Shown here piece by piece: positions 38,474 to 48,311 of a DNA stretch of 64,000 bases. The notes under the pieces are model-generated. The model did not search any database. It was not told the DNA's origin and was given only the letters and a program-made list of their open reading frames with translations. This DNA comes from a virus (taxonomy: Duplodnaviria > Caudoviricetes): the IMG/VR virus record IMGVR_UViG_2854208954_000001, positions 1 to 64,000 of that record, one strand, 5' to 3'. Numbering within the stretch: position 1 is the first letter of the stretch; each line of letters starts with the position of its first letter. The position numbers and the translations under genes were made by a program.

Positions 38474-38689
38474 ATGAAACACAATCTTCAAATCAGTGTT
38501 TCGGACAAACCACAAAGAAACAGTATGGTATCCTGCAAAAACATCACCTTGCGAGAACGATTTTTGCGAATGCTGTTCGGCAGAAAACAGAAAATCACAA
38601 TCCTTGTTCCAAGTGATTCTATTGAGGAACTCGCCATTACCAAGGTTAAAAAAGGAGGCAGTTATGAACAAAATAACAGCATTACTTGA
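38474..38689 (+). CDS. Conserved small phage protein
   Basis: MKHNLQISVS...LRERFLRMLFG...ILVPSDSIEEL; GGAGG RBS. Confidence 0.75.
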   Translation: MKHNLQISVSDKPQRNSMVSCKNITLRERFLRMLFGRKQKITILVPSDSIEELAITKVKKGGSYEQNNSIT

Positions 38690-39002
38690 TGCGATTACCG
38701 AGGTAATCAAAAACATTGGCACACTTACAGAAAGTCTGCAGACTGTTTCAAATCTCTTGAATGAGATAAAGATTACTGAAATTTCGAAGAAGTCAACCGT
38801 ACATACTTCTGAAAGTACAGGAAATTCAAAGGTGTATTCACTTGAAGATGTAAGGGGTGTTCTTGCTAAAAAAAGTCAAAGCGGACTCACTTCTGAGGTT
38901 AGAGAAATCATTGTAAAGTATGGTGGAAACAAACTGTCAGAAATTGACCCCTGTCATTACGAAGAAATCATCAAAGATGCGGAGGCACTTAAGAATGAGT
39001 AA
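38664..39002 (+). CDS. Conserved phage protein preceding DUF2800
   Basis: LEDVRGVLAKKSQSG...LSEIDP; GGAGG RBS. Confidence 0.75.
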   Translation: MNKITALLDAITEVIKNIGTLTESLQTVSNLLNEIKITEISKKSTVHTSESTGNSKVYSLEDVRGVLAKKSQSGLTSEVREIIVKYGGNKLSEIDPCHYEEIIKDAEALKNE

Positions 39003-40125
39003 TCACGCTTTCCTCTCCCCTTCAAGTTCTCACAGATGGCTCAATTGTACACCAAGTGCCGTGCTTGAATCAAAGTTTGAGAACAAATCAACCAAAGCAT
39101 CTGAAGAAGGCACAGTCGCCCATGCGTGGTGTGAGCATAAACTGAAAAACATATTATGCAGAAAAAGTGACGAGCCTGTCTCCCCTTACACAAACGATGA
39201 AATGCAGGAATACACCGACTTATATGTTGATTTTGTACTTGAACAATTCAATCTTGCAAAACAGAAATGTAAAGATCCTTTGATTCTTATTGAACAAAAG
39301 GTTGATTTTTCAGAATATGTACCAAATGGTTTTGGAACAGCCGACTGCATTATTGTTTCTGAAAGCAAAATACATATCATTGATTTCAAATATGGAATGG
39401 GAGTATTGGTTGATGCCTTTGATAACCCGCAGATGAAATGTTATGCTCTCGGTGCTTTAAAAATCTTTGACCGCCTATATGACATTAAAGATGTGTCAAT
39501 GTCAATTTTTCAGCCACGCAGAGATAATGTCAGCACTTGGACTGTTTCTGCTGATGAGCTCAAAGGCTGGGCAGAAAATGTACTAAAGCCAAAAGCAGAA
39601 TTAGCTGTTAAAGGTGAAGGTGATTACTGTGTCGGTGATTGGTGTACATTCTGCAAAGCATCAGTAAGATGCAGAGCAAGAGCCGAAAACAATCTGAAAC
39701 TTGCACAGGAAGAATTCAGACTTCCCCCACTTCTTACTGATTCTGAAATTGAAAAGATTTTATCTGTTATCCCCAATCTCACGAAGTGGGCAAATGAAAT
39801 AATGGCATATGCTACCGAATCAGCTGTCAATCACGGCAAGCATTGGAACGGTTTTAAAATTGTTGAAGGACGGTCTGTACGAAAGTATAAAGATGAAACC
39901 GCAGTGGCTAAAGCATTGGAAGATGCCGGCTACAAAGACATTTATCGCAAGAGTCTTATCACACTTACAGAAATGCAAAAGCTTTTAGGTAAGCAAAATT
40001 TCAACGAGATACTTGGAAATCTCATCATTAAACCAAAAGGCAAGCCTGCTCTTGTTCCCGAAACGGACAAAAGAGATGCTATGACAATCACAGATGTTAA
40101 AAACGAATTTAAAACGGAGGACTAA
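38995..40125 (+). CDS. DUF2800 Cas4-like PD-(D/E)XK nuclease
   Basis: HAFLSPSSSHRWLNC, GTADCII, IDFKYG, WCTFCK..CRAR. Confidence 0.9.
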   Translation: MSNHAFLSPSSSHRWLNCTPSAVLESKFENKSTKASEEGTVAHAWCEHKLKNILCRKSDEPVSPYTNDEMQEYTDLYVDFVLEQFNLAKQKCKDPLILIEQKVDFSEYVPNGFGTADCIIVSESKIHIIDFKYGMGVLVDAFDNPQMKCYALGALKIFDRLYDIKDVSMSIFQPRRDNVSTWTVSADELKGWAENVLKPKAELAVKGEGDYCVGDWCTFCKASVRCRARAENNLKLAQEEFRLPPLLTDSEIEKILSVIPNLTKWANEIMAYATESAVNHGKHWNGFKIVEGRSVRKYKDETAVAKALEDAGYKDIYRKSLITLTEMQKLLGKQNFNEILGNLIIKPKGKPALVPETDKRDAMTITDVKNEFKTED

Positions 40126-40130
40126 TTATT

Positions 40131-40679
40131 ATGGCTAATTCAAACAAAACAAAAGTTATCACAGGCAAAAACACAAGACTTTCATATTTTCACGGTTGGG
40201 AACCTGTTTCAATCAACGGCAGTCCTGAAAGATACAGCGTATCCGTACTTATTCCAAAAGATGATACTGAAACCGTTAATGCGATTAACAACGCTGTAAA
40301 TACTGCAATTGAAGAAGGTATCGGTAAATTTGGTGGTAAAAAGCCAAACAAAGCATCACTTAAACTTCCTCTTCGTGACGGTGATACCGAGCGTAATGAT
40401 GAGGCTTATGCAGGTCACTGGTTTATCAATGCAAACAGCAGAACCGCTCCACAGATTGTTGATAAGGCTGTAAAACCTATTCTTGACAGAGATGAGGTGT
40501 ACAGCGGTTGTTATGCAAGAGTGTCTCTGAATTTTTACGCATTCAATTCAAATGGCAACAAAGGTATTGCCTGTGGTCTTGGCAACATTCAGAAAATAAA
40601 GGACGGCGAACCGCTTGGTGGCAGAAGTTCGGCTGCTGATGATTTCAGAACAGAAACAGATGATGATTTCTTATCCTAA
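40131..40679 (+). CDS. DUF2815 single-stranded DNA-binding protein (T7 gp2.5-like)
   Basis: PLRDGD, VYSGCYARV, GNKGIACGLGNIQK; acidic tail ending DDDFLS. Confidence 0.9.
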   Translation: MANSNKTKVITGKNTRLSYFHGWEPVSINGSPERYSVSVLIPKDDTETVNAINNAVNTAIEEGIGKFGGKKPNKASLKLPLRDGDTERNDEAYAGHWFINANSRTAPQIVDKAVKPILDRDEVYSGCYARVSLNFYAFNSNGNKGIACGLGNIQKIKDGEPLGGRSSAADDFRTETDDDFLS

Positions 40680-40699
40680 CATAATATGAGGTAAACGAT

Positions 40700-40879
40700 A
40701 TGAACGAATTTTATGAACTTGCAAAATTGTTTGATGTAGTTGTTATCTTCTGTTTCTTCTTAGGAATAGGTATGTACGGCATCATAAGCACCGTAACGGA
40801 TTTAATTTTCCTTATTCACAAGACTTTTAGAAAGCACAGAATAGCGAGAAGGGCTAAGAAAAACAACTTAGATAATTAA
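40700..40879 (+). CDS. 59-aa membrane protein absent from the ORF track
   Basis: MNEFYELAKLFDVVVIFCFFLGIGMYGIISTVTDLIFLIHKTFRKHRIARRAKKNNLDN; GAGG RBS. Confidence 0.65.
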   Translation: MNEFYELAKLFDVVVIFCFFLGIGMYGIISTVTDLIFLIHKTFRKHRIARRAKKNNLDN

Positions 40880-40886
40880 CAATTTT

Positions 40887-40922
40887 GGACGGTGGAGAGA
40901 TACTCTCTGCCGTCCGTTTTTT
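40887..40922 (+). terminator. Terminator before the polymerase gene
   Basis: GGACGG..GAGAG/CTCT..CCGTCC followed by TTTTTT. Confidence 0.7.
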
Positions 40923-40942
40923 ATATATAAGGAAGTGAAAAC

Positions 40943-42895
40943 ATGAAATCAATCAGTATTGACATAGAAACATATTCAAGTGCTAATCTTCAGAAATCCG
41001 GTGTTTACCGTTATGCGGAAAGTGATGATTTTGAAATTCTGCTGTTTGGCTATTCTGTTGACGGCAGTGATGTCAAAGTCATTGACTTGTGTATGGGAGA
41101 AAAGATACCCGAGGATATTCTTGATGCACTGACCGATACTTCGGTTATCAAATGGGCATTCAACGCACAATTTGAGAGGGTATGCTTATCAAGGTATCTT
41201 AAAGATTTAGGTATAGATTTTGACGGCAAATATCTTAACCCGTCATCTTGGCATTGTACTCTTGTCTGGTCGGCAACACTTGGTCTTCCCCTTTCTCTTG
41301 AGGGTGTGGGTGCTGTATTAGGCCTTGAAAATCAAAAGCTGTCAGAGGGTAAAAATCTCATACGATATTTTTGTATTCCCTGTTCCCCTACAAAAATCAA
41401 TAATGGCAGAACAAGAAATATGCCATATCACAATATAGAAAAGTGGAATAATTTCAAAGCATACAATATTCGTGATGTTGAAACTGAGATGAGAATTCAA
41501 AAGAAATTATCAAGATTTCCTGTAAGTGATTCAATATGGAACGAATACCACCTTGACCAAAATATAAATGACCGTGGCATTGGTGTAGATATGTTTTTAG
41601 TTGAAAACGCAATAGTTATTGATGAAATGGTTAAAAAGTCGCTTGTCAATGATATACAATCCCTTACCAATCTTGATAATCCAAATTCCGTTCAGCAAAT
41701 GAAAAACTGGCTCTCCGAAAGCGGATTTGAAACCGAAAGTCTTAACAAAACATCAGTTTCAGAAATGCTGAAAACTGCACCGTATCATGTACACAAAGTG
41801 TTATCCCTCAGACAGCAACTAACAAAAAGCAGTGTTAAGAAATACACAGCAATGAAAAATGCCGTTTGTAAAGACAGCCGTGCAAGGGGAATGTTTCAGT
41901 TTTACGGTGCAAACAGAACAGGTCGATTTTCAGGCAGACTTGTGCAATTACAGAATTTACCGCAAAACCATATGAGTGATTTGGCAGATGCACGAAGTCT
42001 TGTAAAATGCGGAAATTATGATGCACTCAGTATTCTTTATGATGATATTCCGGACACACTTTCACAACTTATCCGCACCGCTTTTATTCCACAGCACAGT
42101 TGCAAATTCATAGTAGCCGATTTTTCTGCTATTGAGGCAAGGGTTCTTGCGTGGCTTGCAGGTGAGAAATGGAGAAACAAAGTTTTTAGTGAGGGCAAAG
42201 ATATTTATTGCAGTAGTGCATCACAGATGTTTGGTGTTCCTGTTGAAAAGCATGGAATAAACGGGCATCTGCGACAAAAAGGCAAAATCGCCGAGCTTGC
42301 ACTCGGATACGGCGGTTCTGTCGGGGCATTGAAAGCTATGGGTGCTATTCAGATGGGACTTTCAGAGGATGAACTTCAACCTCTAGTGTGTGCGTGGAGA
42401 AACTCTAATCCGTCAATTACTAAACTCTGGTGGGACATTGATAAATGTGTTAAAGAAACTGTTACCAAAAGGATACCGACTGAAACCAACGGCATATCTT
42501 TTACCTACGAAAGCGGATTTCTGTTCATCACTCTCCCCTCCGGCAGAAGACTTGCATATGTTAAGCCGAGAATCGGAATAAATAAATTTGGCGGTGAATC
42601 AGTTACCTATGAGGGCATTGGCAGTACGAAGAAATGGGAACGGCTTGAAAGCTACGGCCCTAAGTTCTGTGAAAATATCATTCAAGCCATTGCAAGAGAT
42701 ATATTATTATACGCAATGCAAACACTAAAAAATTACCGCATAATCGCTCATGTTCATGACGAGGTTATTATTGAATGCCAAAAAGATGTTTCCGTAAACA
42801 CTATCTGCGAACAAATGAGCAGAACTCCGCCTTGGGCAAAAGGTCTTTTACTCCGTGCGGACGGTTATGAATGTCAATTTTATATGAAAGATTAA
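40943..42895 (+). CDS. Family A DNA polymerase with 3'-5' exonuclease
   Basis: IDIETYS, ADFSAIEARV, KIAELALGYG, VHDEV. Confidence 0.96.
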   Translation: MKSISIDIETYSSANLQKSGVYRYAESDDFEILLFGYSVDGSDVKVIDLCMGEKIPEDILDALTDTSVIKWAFNAQFERVCLSRYLKDLGIDFDGKYLNPSSWHCTLVWSATLGLPLSLEGVGAVLGLENQKLSEGKNLIRYFCIPCSPTKINNGRTRNMPYHNIEKWNNFKAYNIRDVETEMRIQKKLSRFPVSDSIWNEYHLDQNINDRGIGVDMFLVENAIVIDEMVKKSLVNDIQSLTNLDNPNSVQQMKNWLSESGFETESLNKTSVSEMLKTAPYHVHKVLSLRQQLTKSSVKKYTAMKNAVCKDSRARGMFQFYGANRTGRFSGRLVQLQNLPQNHMSDLADARSLVKCGNYDALSILYDDIPDTLSQLIRTAFIPQHSCKFIVADFSAIEARVLAWLAGEKWRNKVFSEGKDIYCSSASQMFGVPVEKHGINGHLRQKGKIAELALGYGGSVGALKAMGAIQMGLSEDELQPLVCAWRNSNPSITKLWWDIDKCVKETVTKRIPTETNGISFTYESGFLFITLPSGRRLAYVKPRIGINKFGGESVTYEGIGSTKKWERLESYGPKFCENIIQAIARDILLYAMQTLKNYRIIAHVHDEVIIECQKDVSVNTICEQMSRTPPWAKGLLLRADGYECQFYMKD

Positions 42896-42900
42896 AAAGC

Positions 42901-42941
42901 GTCCTTTTTCACCTTCTGCTATGGCTATATGGTAGGAGGTG
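42901..42941 (+). promoter_or_regulatory. GTCC-N18-GGCTA hairpin motif, copy C (3' arm is the RBS)
   Basis: GTCC TTTTTCACC TTCTGCT AT GGCTA TATGGT AGGAGGTG; ATG at 42948. Confidence 0.6.
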
Positions 42942-42947
42942 CTTTTT

Positions 42948-43358
42948 ATGACAGACAATGAGAAAAAGCAAATTGAAAGCTACCGAAAGAACGGTTACGG
43001 ATACAAACAGATTTCAAATCTCACAAACCTATCCGTTAATACAATAAAATCATACTGTAAAAGGAACAAACTGATGAGTGCCGATTTGCAAAGCAATGAT
43101 AACCACACTCTTTGTTGTGAACAATGTGGAAAACCGGTTGAGCAAAACGAGCACCGCAAACGCAAGAGATTTTGTTCAGACGCTTGCAGAAACAAGTGGT
43201 GGAACAATCATCTTGATTTAGTCAAAAGGAAAGCCATTTATGAGCTGACTTGTCATTATTGCAGAAAAACTTTTACAGTTTACGGCAATGCAAAAAGAAA
43301 ATTTTGCAATCATAGTTGTTATGTCAAATACAGATACGGAGGAAAACAAAATGGATAA
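42948..43358 (+). CDS. HTH plus zinc-finger regulator
   Basis: GYGYKQIS...NTIKSYCKR; CEQC, FCSDAC, CHYC, FCNHSC. Confidence 0.8.
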   Translation: MTDNEKKQIESYRKNGYGYKQISNLTNLSVNTIKSYCKRNKLMSADLQSNDNHTLCCEQCGKPVEQNEHRKRKRFCSDACRNKWWNNHLDLVKRKAIYELTCHYCRKTFTVYGNAKRKFCNHSCYVKYRYGGKQNG

Positions 43359-43545
43359 GCCTACATACGCAGAGCGTTACACCCTAACTGTCAAAGAAGC
43401 GGGATTATATTTTAACATTGGCATTAAAAAAATGAGAAAACTTGCCAAGGATAATCTCGGAATTTTTTCAGTTTTGAGCGGTAATCGCTATTTGATTATA
43501 CGAACAAAATTTGAGGAATATCTGTGCAATAATTCTACGATATAG
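43351..43545 (+). CDS. xis: Excisionase (Tn916 Xis-like) 1
   Basis: LTVKEAGLYFNIGIKKMR...GNRYLIIRTKFEEYL. Confidence 0.88.
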   Translation: MDKPTYAERYTLTVKEAGLYFNIGIKKMRKLAKDNLGIFSVLSGNRYLIIRTKFEEYLCNNSTI

Positions 43546-43626
43546 TTTCCTTTTATCTGCTGAAAGTAGTTGCTATTCTGAGAGTTTTACGGCAATATAT
43601 GAGTACCAAACGAGGAGGTAAAAAAT

Positions 43627-43869
43627 ATGAATAAACCATCACTGCATGACAAAGATTTTTTGACGGTAATTGAAACAGCCGAATTATTTGGACTCAGCAG
43701 AAGAAAAATGTTCCGTCTTACAAGCCAAAGCGGTCTTCCCTTTATGGCTAAATACGGAACACGAAAGTTAATCATCAAAGATGAATTTATAAAATATCTT
43801 AATAACTCAGGAATGAAGGGAAAACTCAAAAATGGCGAGCCGAGGACAAAGACGAGATTCAAAGCATAG
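43627..43869 (+). CDS. Excisionase-like HTH protein 2
   Basis: FLTVIETAELFGLSRRK...GTRKLIIKDEFIKYL. Confidence 0.8.
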   Translation: MNKPSLHDKDFLTVIETAELFGLSRRKMFRLTSQSGLPFMAKYGTRKLIIKDEFIKYLNNSGMKGKLKNGEPRTKTRFKA

Positions 43870-45103
43870 ACTTTTGCACAACGGAGAATCAATAAGAGCA
43901 AACGGAAAATATCAATTCAAGTATTTAGTTGACGGCAAGCCAAAATTTGTATACAGCTGGCGACTTGTTCCGACAGATCCACAACCAATAGGCAAACAGC
44001 CTTGCCTGTCACTAAGAGAATTAGAAAAGTTGGTCGGTAAAGACGTTGACTCAAGACTTGACATAACCGGCAGAAATATCACCGTCAACGAGTTAATCTC
44101 CCGTTATCTCAAAACAAGGACAGGTGTAAGACACAACACACTTTCAAATTACAACTTTGTGCAAAACATTATGAGCAAAGAGGAATTTGGCAGTCGCAAA
44201 ATCGGTGAAATCAAAACTTCCGATGCAAAGCTGTTTCTCATTAAATTACAGGAAGACGGAAGAGGCTCGAGTACAATAAAAACAGTGCGAGGTGTTTTAA
44301 GACCGGCATTTCAAATGGCAGTTGATGATGATATTCTAATGAAGAACCCTTTCGGTTTCCAATTACTCGGCATTATCATAAACACTGAACACACCCGACA
44401 GGCTCTGACAAAAGAGCAAATGAACAAGTTTTTGAAATTTGTTCGTTACGATAATGTTTACTACAAATACTATGATGTCTTCTACATTCTCTTTCACACT
44501 GGTTTGAGAATTTCAGAATTTTGTGGGTTGACGATAAATGACCTTGATATGAACAACAGAATCATCAATATTGACCACCAGTTGCAGAGAACCTCAAAAA
44601 TGGAGTATGTGATTGAATCAACAAAAACAAATGCCGGCACAAGAAAACTACCTATGACGGAAGATGTTTATCAGGCCTTCAAAAGAATACTTGAAAACAG
44701 ACCCACAAATCTTCCTGAAATTATGGTTGCAGGACATTGCGGTTTTCTGTTCAGAGATTCGAAAGGAATGCCAGAAGTAGCAATGCACTGGGAGCATAGG
44801 TTTAATCACTCGGTCAAGAGATACAATGATATTTTCAGAGAGCAACTGCCTAATATCACCCCTCACATTTGCAGACATACCTATTGTTCAAATATGGCAA
44901 AGGCAAGAATGAATCCGAAAACATTGCAATACCTTATGGGACATTCCGATATAGGTGTCACGATGAACACCTATACCCATCTTGGTTTGGATGATGCCAA
45001 GGATGAAATGATAAGGCTCGAAGAACTGGAACAAGCAAGAAAAGAAGTTGAGAAAACATTAGGCACAAAACCGATACAACAAAATATGTTTAAGACGGTG
45101 TAA
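43832..45103 (+). CDS. int: Tyrosine integrase, Tn916 family
   Basis: N-terminal RRDSKHRLL..GE arm-binding domain; HTGLRISE, PHICRH, LMGH...TY. Confidence 0.95.
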   Translation: MASRGQRRDSKHRLLHNGESIRANGKYQFKYLVDGKPKFVYSWRLVPTDPQPIGKQPCLSLRELEKLVGKDVDSRLDITGRNITVNELISRYLKTRTGVRHNTLSNYNFVQNIMSKEEFGSRKIGEIKTSDAKLFLIKLQEDGRGSSTIKTVRGVLRPAFQMAVDDDILMKNPFGFQLLGIIINTEHTRQALTKEQMNKFLKFVRYDNVYYKYYDVFYILFHTGLRISEFCGLTINDLDMNNRIINIDHQLQRTSKMEYVIESTKTNAGTRKLPMTEDVYQAFKRILENRPTNLPEIMVAGHCGFLFRDSKGMPEVAMHWEHRFNHSVKRYNDIFREQLPNITPHICRHTYCSNMAKARMNPKTLQYLMGHSDIGVTMNTYTHLGLDDAKDEMIRLEELEQARKEVEKTLGTKPIQQNMFKTV

Positions 45104-45150
45104 AAAACAACACTCTCATCATTGAACAAGTCCAGTAAAAACGAGCAATA

Positions 45151-45194
45151 AAAACCTCCTATGGTATGATAAAAATGACCATAGGAGGTTTTTT
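45151..45194 (+). terminator. Hairpin after the integrase
   Basis: AAAACCTCCTATGGT/ACCATAGGAGGTTTT. Confidence 0.65.
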
Positions 45195-45281
45195 ATGCCT
45201 TGAAGATACAGACACATATAAAAGAGTATTTAGCGTTATCACAAAAAGCAGAGAAGGTCACTGCAGAGTTACAGTTTCACA

Positions 45282-45615
45282 GTGGCCAAGAGTTCGCAAT
45301 ATGTATCTCATGAATACCATTTGCTAACTAAGTCATGCGACATTACGCTGTCAATGTCAAGGCGTGGTAATCCATATGACAATGCTCCTATGGAAAGATA
45401 TTTCAATGCATTGAAAAATGATCTTATTTACCAGCATTATTATCATACAGAAGTTGAACTCTACGCAGCCATCGAAGAATTTGCGTATGTACAATATAAT
45501 CATGTACGTCCGCATTCTTATAATAATTACAAAACGCCTTATGAGGCACGCTATGGGGTTGCATAAACCCTGTGGCAGAAATTAGGTCGTAGTGTTACAA
45601 AAAACTTGACCACAA
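45282..45615 (+). pseudogene. IS3-family transposase C-terminal remnant with probable right end
   Basis: SMSRRGNPYDNAPMERYFNALK, YNHVRPHSYN; GTGTTACAAAAAACTTGACCA end-like sequence. Confidence 0.85.
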
Positions 45616-47119
45616 GAGACCGCCGAAAAGTTTGTGTAAAAGTGAATAATAGACTTCCTTTCAAGCAATAATGGAAATAGAAAAAGTTAAAGCTTGAAAG
45701 AAAGTTTTTTAATGGAAAAAGCACCGGCAGAAATGATGAGAGAATTTGTAAGAAGCCAAAATTTCACATCAACAGATGAAGTGATGACAGCGATGAAAGA
45801 TATGTTCAAGGACATTCTTCAGGAGATTATGGAATGTGAGCTTGCAGATGAGCTTGGCTACGAGAAAAGCGAAAGAGTGTCGAATGATGAATGTAGCAAT
45901 AAGTCGAAAAATTACAGAAACGGCTACTCAAAAAAGACGGTCAAAACGCAGCTTGGTGAGCTTGATATTAAGGTTCCGAGGGACAGAAACGGCGAATACG
46001 AGCCAAAAATAATCAGCAAATACAACCGTAATGCAGACGGTATGGAAGAGAAAATTCTCTCACTTTATGCCTGCGGAATGAGCCAGCGTGATATTTCCGA
46101 ACAAATCAAAAATCTGTATGATGTAGAAATCTCTCCCGAGTTTGTCAGCAAAATCAGCGAGAAGATTATGCCCGATGTGACTGCATGGCAAAATCGACCT
46201 CTTGAAGCTGTATATCCGTTTGTGTTTATGGATGCAATTCATTACAAGGTCAAGGAAAATCATCAGTATATCACGAAGGCTGCATATGTAGTTCTGGGCA
46301 TCAATCTTGACGGTCAGAAAGATATTCTCGGCATATGGATTGGCGAAAATGAGAGCAGTAAATTTTGGCTAAATGTGTTGAACGAACTCAAAACCCGTGG
46401 AATTAAAGATGTATTTCTGTTCTGCGTGGACGGCCTGACAGGTTTCAGACAGGCTATTGAAGCGGCTTTTCCAAATGCACAAATCCAGCGTTGCATCATT
46501 CATCAAATACGCTCAAGCACAAGGTTTGTCAGATACAAACATATCAAGGAGCTGATGGCTAACTTGAAGAAAGTATATCAAGCAATCAGCGAGGAAGAAG
46601 CTATGAACAACCTGATTTTGTTCAAGGACAAGTGGGGCAAAACTTATCCTTCCTGTGTGAAAAGTTGGGAAGAAAATTGGGATATTCTATCCACATTCTT
46701 CGCATATCCGCCCGAGGTTCGGAAGATAATATATACAACGAATATTATCGAAGGTTTGAACCGTCAGTTCAGGCAGATTACGAAGAACAAGCCGTCATTT
46801 ACGAATGATGACAGCCTGCGCAAAATGTTGTATTTAGCGTCGCAAAAGATTGTCGAACGCTGGACACAAAGATGTCGAAACTGGGATATTGTTTTAAGCC
46901 AGTTATCGATAATATTTGAGGACAGAATACCGGCTTGATTTGCCCCCGAGAATAGAATTTCCTGTACGCAAAATGTTATTCACGCAAGGCGTGCATAACA
47001 TTCCGCAGACAGGAAAGAAAAGTTGACACGGGGCAAATCAGAAAGCCTGATTACACCGCAATCCGCTGTTTTATTATTGCTTGAAGGATTATTATTTACA
47101 CAGAATTTTATGGGGTGCC
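45616..47119 (+). mobile_element. IS256-family insertion sequence
   Basis: Imperfect 25-bp IRs GAGACCGCCGAAAAGTTTGTGTAAA and TTTACACAGAATTTTATGGGGTGCC (18/25); no target duplication seen. Confidence 0.9.
45712..46938 (+). CDS. IS256 (Mutator) transposase
   Basis: NYRNGY, VPRDRNG, FMDAI, CVDGL, QRCIIH, YTTNIIE. Confidence 0.97.
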   Translation: MEKAPAEMMREFVRSQNFTSTDEVMTAMKDMFKDILQEIMECELADELGYEKSERVSNDECSNKSKNYRNGYSKKTVKTQLGELDIKVPRDRNGEYEPKIISKYNRNADGMEEKILSLYACGMSQRDISEQIKNLYDVEISPEFVSKISEKIMPDVTAWQNRPLEAVYPFVFMDAIHYKVKENHQYITKAAYVVLGINLDGQKDILGIWIGENESSKFWLNVLNELKTRGIKDVFLFCVDGLTGFRQAIEAAFPNAQIQRCIIHQIRSSTRFVRYKHIKELMANLKKVYQAISEEEAMNNLILFKDKWGKTYPSCVKSWEENWDILSTFFAYPPEVRKIIYTTNIIEGLNRQFRQITKNKPSFTNDDSLRKMLYLASQKIVERWTQRCRNWDIVLSQLSIIFEDRIPA

Positions 47120-47411
47120 ATTTCAAAACCGCTTCCGCAACCGCATTCTACATATGTTCTCACTCAAATCAGTAAAAGACAATACAAAACAAGCGGCAGT
47201 TTAAACAACTACCACTTGTCAATTTCAATTATTCTGTTTTAATGCTACCCCAACTATTGACATAGAGCCTCAAAAACATCTGTTCGATAGCAACATGATG
47301 GTAACATTAACTTTATTCAACTGTCAAGTGATTAAATCAAATACATCAAATCGCATAAAATATTTAGAACACTTGTAAAAAATTAATTTTAATATAGTAC
47401 AACATGTTTTT

Positions 47412-48299
47412 TCACTTAGCTTCTGGCTCATATACATCATATGTAATTAAGGAAATAATATCTTGTAACATTTTTTCCTTTTCATATATATGATTGTCAC
47501 AATAATCATCATAATATAGAGTTCTATCTTTAGTAGGACCATAAAACACCTCTATACGATTATCATTTTGCTCCAAATTGCTTAACTTGATAGTGTAATC
47601 ATGTTCAGATATTTCAACCCACTCACCCGAAATATACTCGTAGTATGTGTATATATTATCAGAGTCACTTCGATTATCTGGTGAATATGTAGTTTTGTTT
47701 AATAAAGGCTTGATTGTTATCTGTGTTCCATCGAAAACAAGTTCAAACTTAATACTTTTATAATGATATTCGTCAATTTTTGCGAATTTCTCTCCTATGA
47801 CTACATACTCCCCTCTTTCTTTATCAAAATAAGCCGTATAATTGTTATCATAACCATCCTCATCATCCAATTCGTTTACCACTGTTGCTTTCACTAATCG
47901 CCCATTCTCAAGATAATATGCATTAGCATGAAAATAAAAATCATCTGGATAAAGATTATCAGTAACAATAAACTCTAATTGTCCATCAAAGTTCAAATCT
48001 GCAAACTCTACAAAATAAATATCTTTCTCAGATTCAAACTCTCCTGTCCAAATTTCTTCGTCTTCAACTACAGCAGTTATCATCTCCTCACTTTGAAAAA
48101 GTGTAGGAGAAAAAAAACCATTTTTCACATATTTTGTCATCTCTTTTGTAGGTTCTTCTATTTGAATTTGAGTTTCAGCATTATCAGCTATATTTGAATA
48201 ATCAATCTCATTTTTATCATCTTGACTTGAACAACCACACATAAAAGCGAAGCACAAAATTACAGACAAAATCAAACATAAGTATTTTTTTATTTGCAT
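47412..48299 (-). CDS. Hypothetical acidic lipoprotein
   Basis: Signal peptide with lipobox FMCGC; FADLNFDGQLE FG-GAP/EF-like motif. Confidence 0.75.
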   Translation of the reverse strand: MQIKKYLCLILSVILCFAFMCGCSSQDDKNEIDYSNIADNAETQIQIEEPTKEMTKYVKNGFFSPTLFQSEEMITAVVEDEEIWTGEFESEKDIYFVEFADLNFDGQLEFIVTDNLYPDDFYFHANAYYLENGRLVKATVVNELDDEDGYDNNYTAYFDKERGEYVVIGEKFAKIDEYHYKSIKFELVFDGTQITIKPLLNKTTYSPDNRSDSDNIYTYYEYISGEWVEISEHDYTIKLSNLEQNDNRIEVFYGPTKDRTLYYDDYCDNHIYEKEKMLQDIISLITYDVYEPEAK

Positions 48300-48311
48300 A
48301 TCTTTACCTCC

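Larger units (their letters stand above)
5218..45103 (+). mobile_element. HK97-type siphoprophage (phi-m46.1-like gene set) with Tn916-type integrase; left boundary undefined and may include the defence cargo
   Basis: Co-oriented regulation, replication, packaging, head, tail, lysis, polymerase and integration modules; att sites not identified. Confidence 0.92.

Noticed and set aside
38995-40125. Cas4-like nuclease suggesting CRISPR-Cas
   Set aside because: No repeat-spacer array or other cas genes seen; standard DUF2800-DUF2815-PolA phage context.
47242-47262. TGCTACCCCAACTATTGACA resembling an IS3-type end
   Set aside because: No partner repeat or transposase nearby; too short to support.
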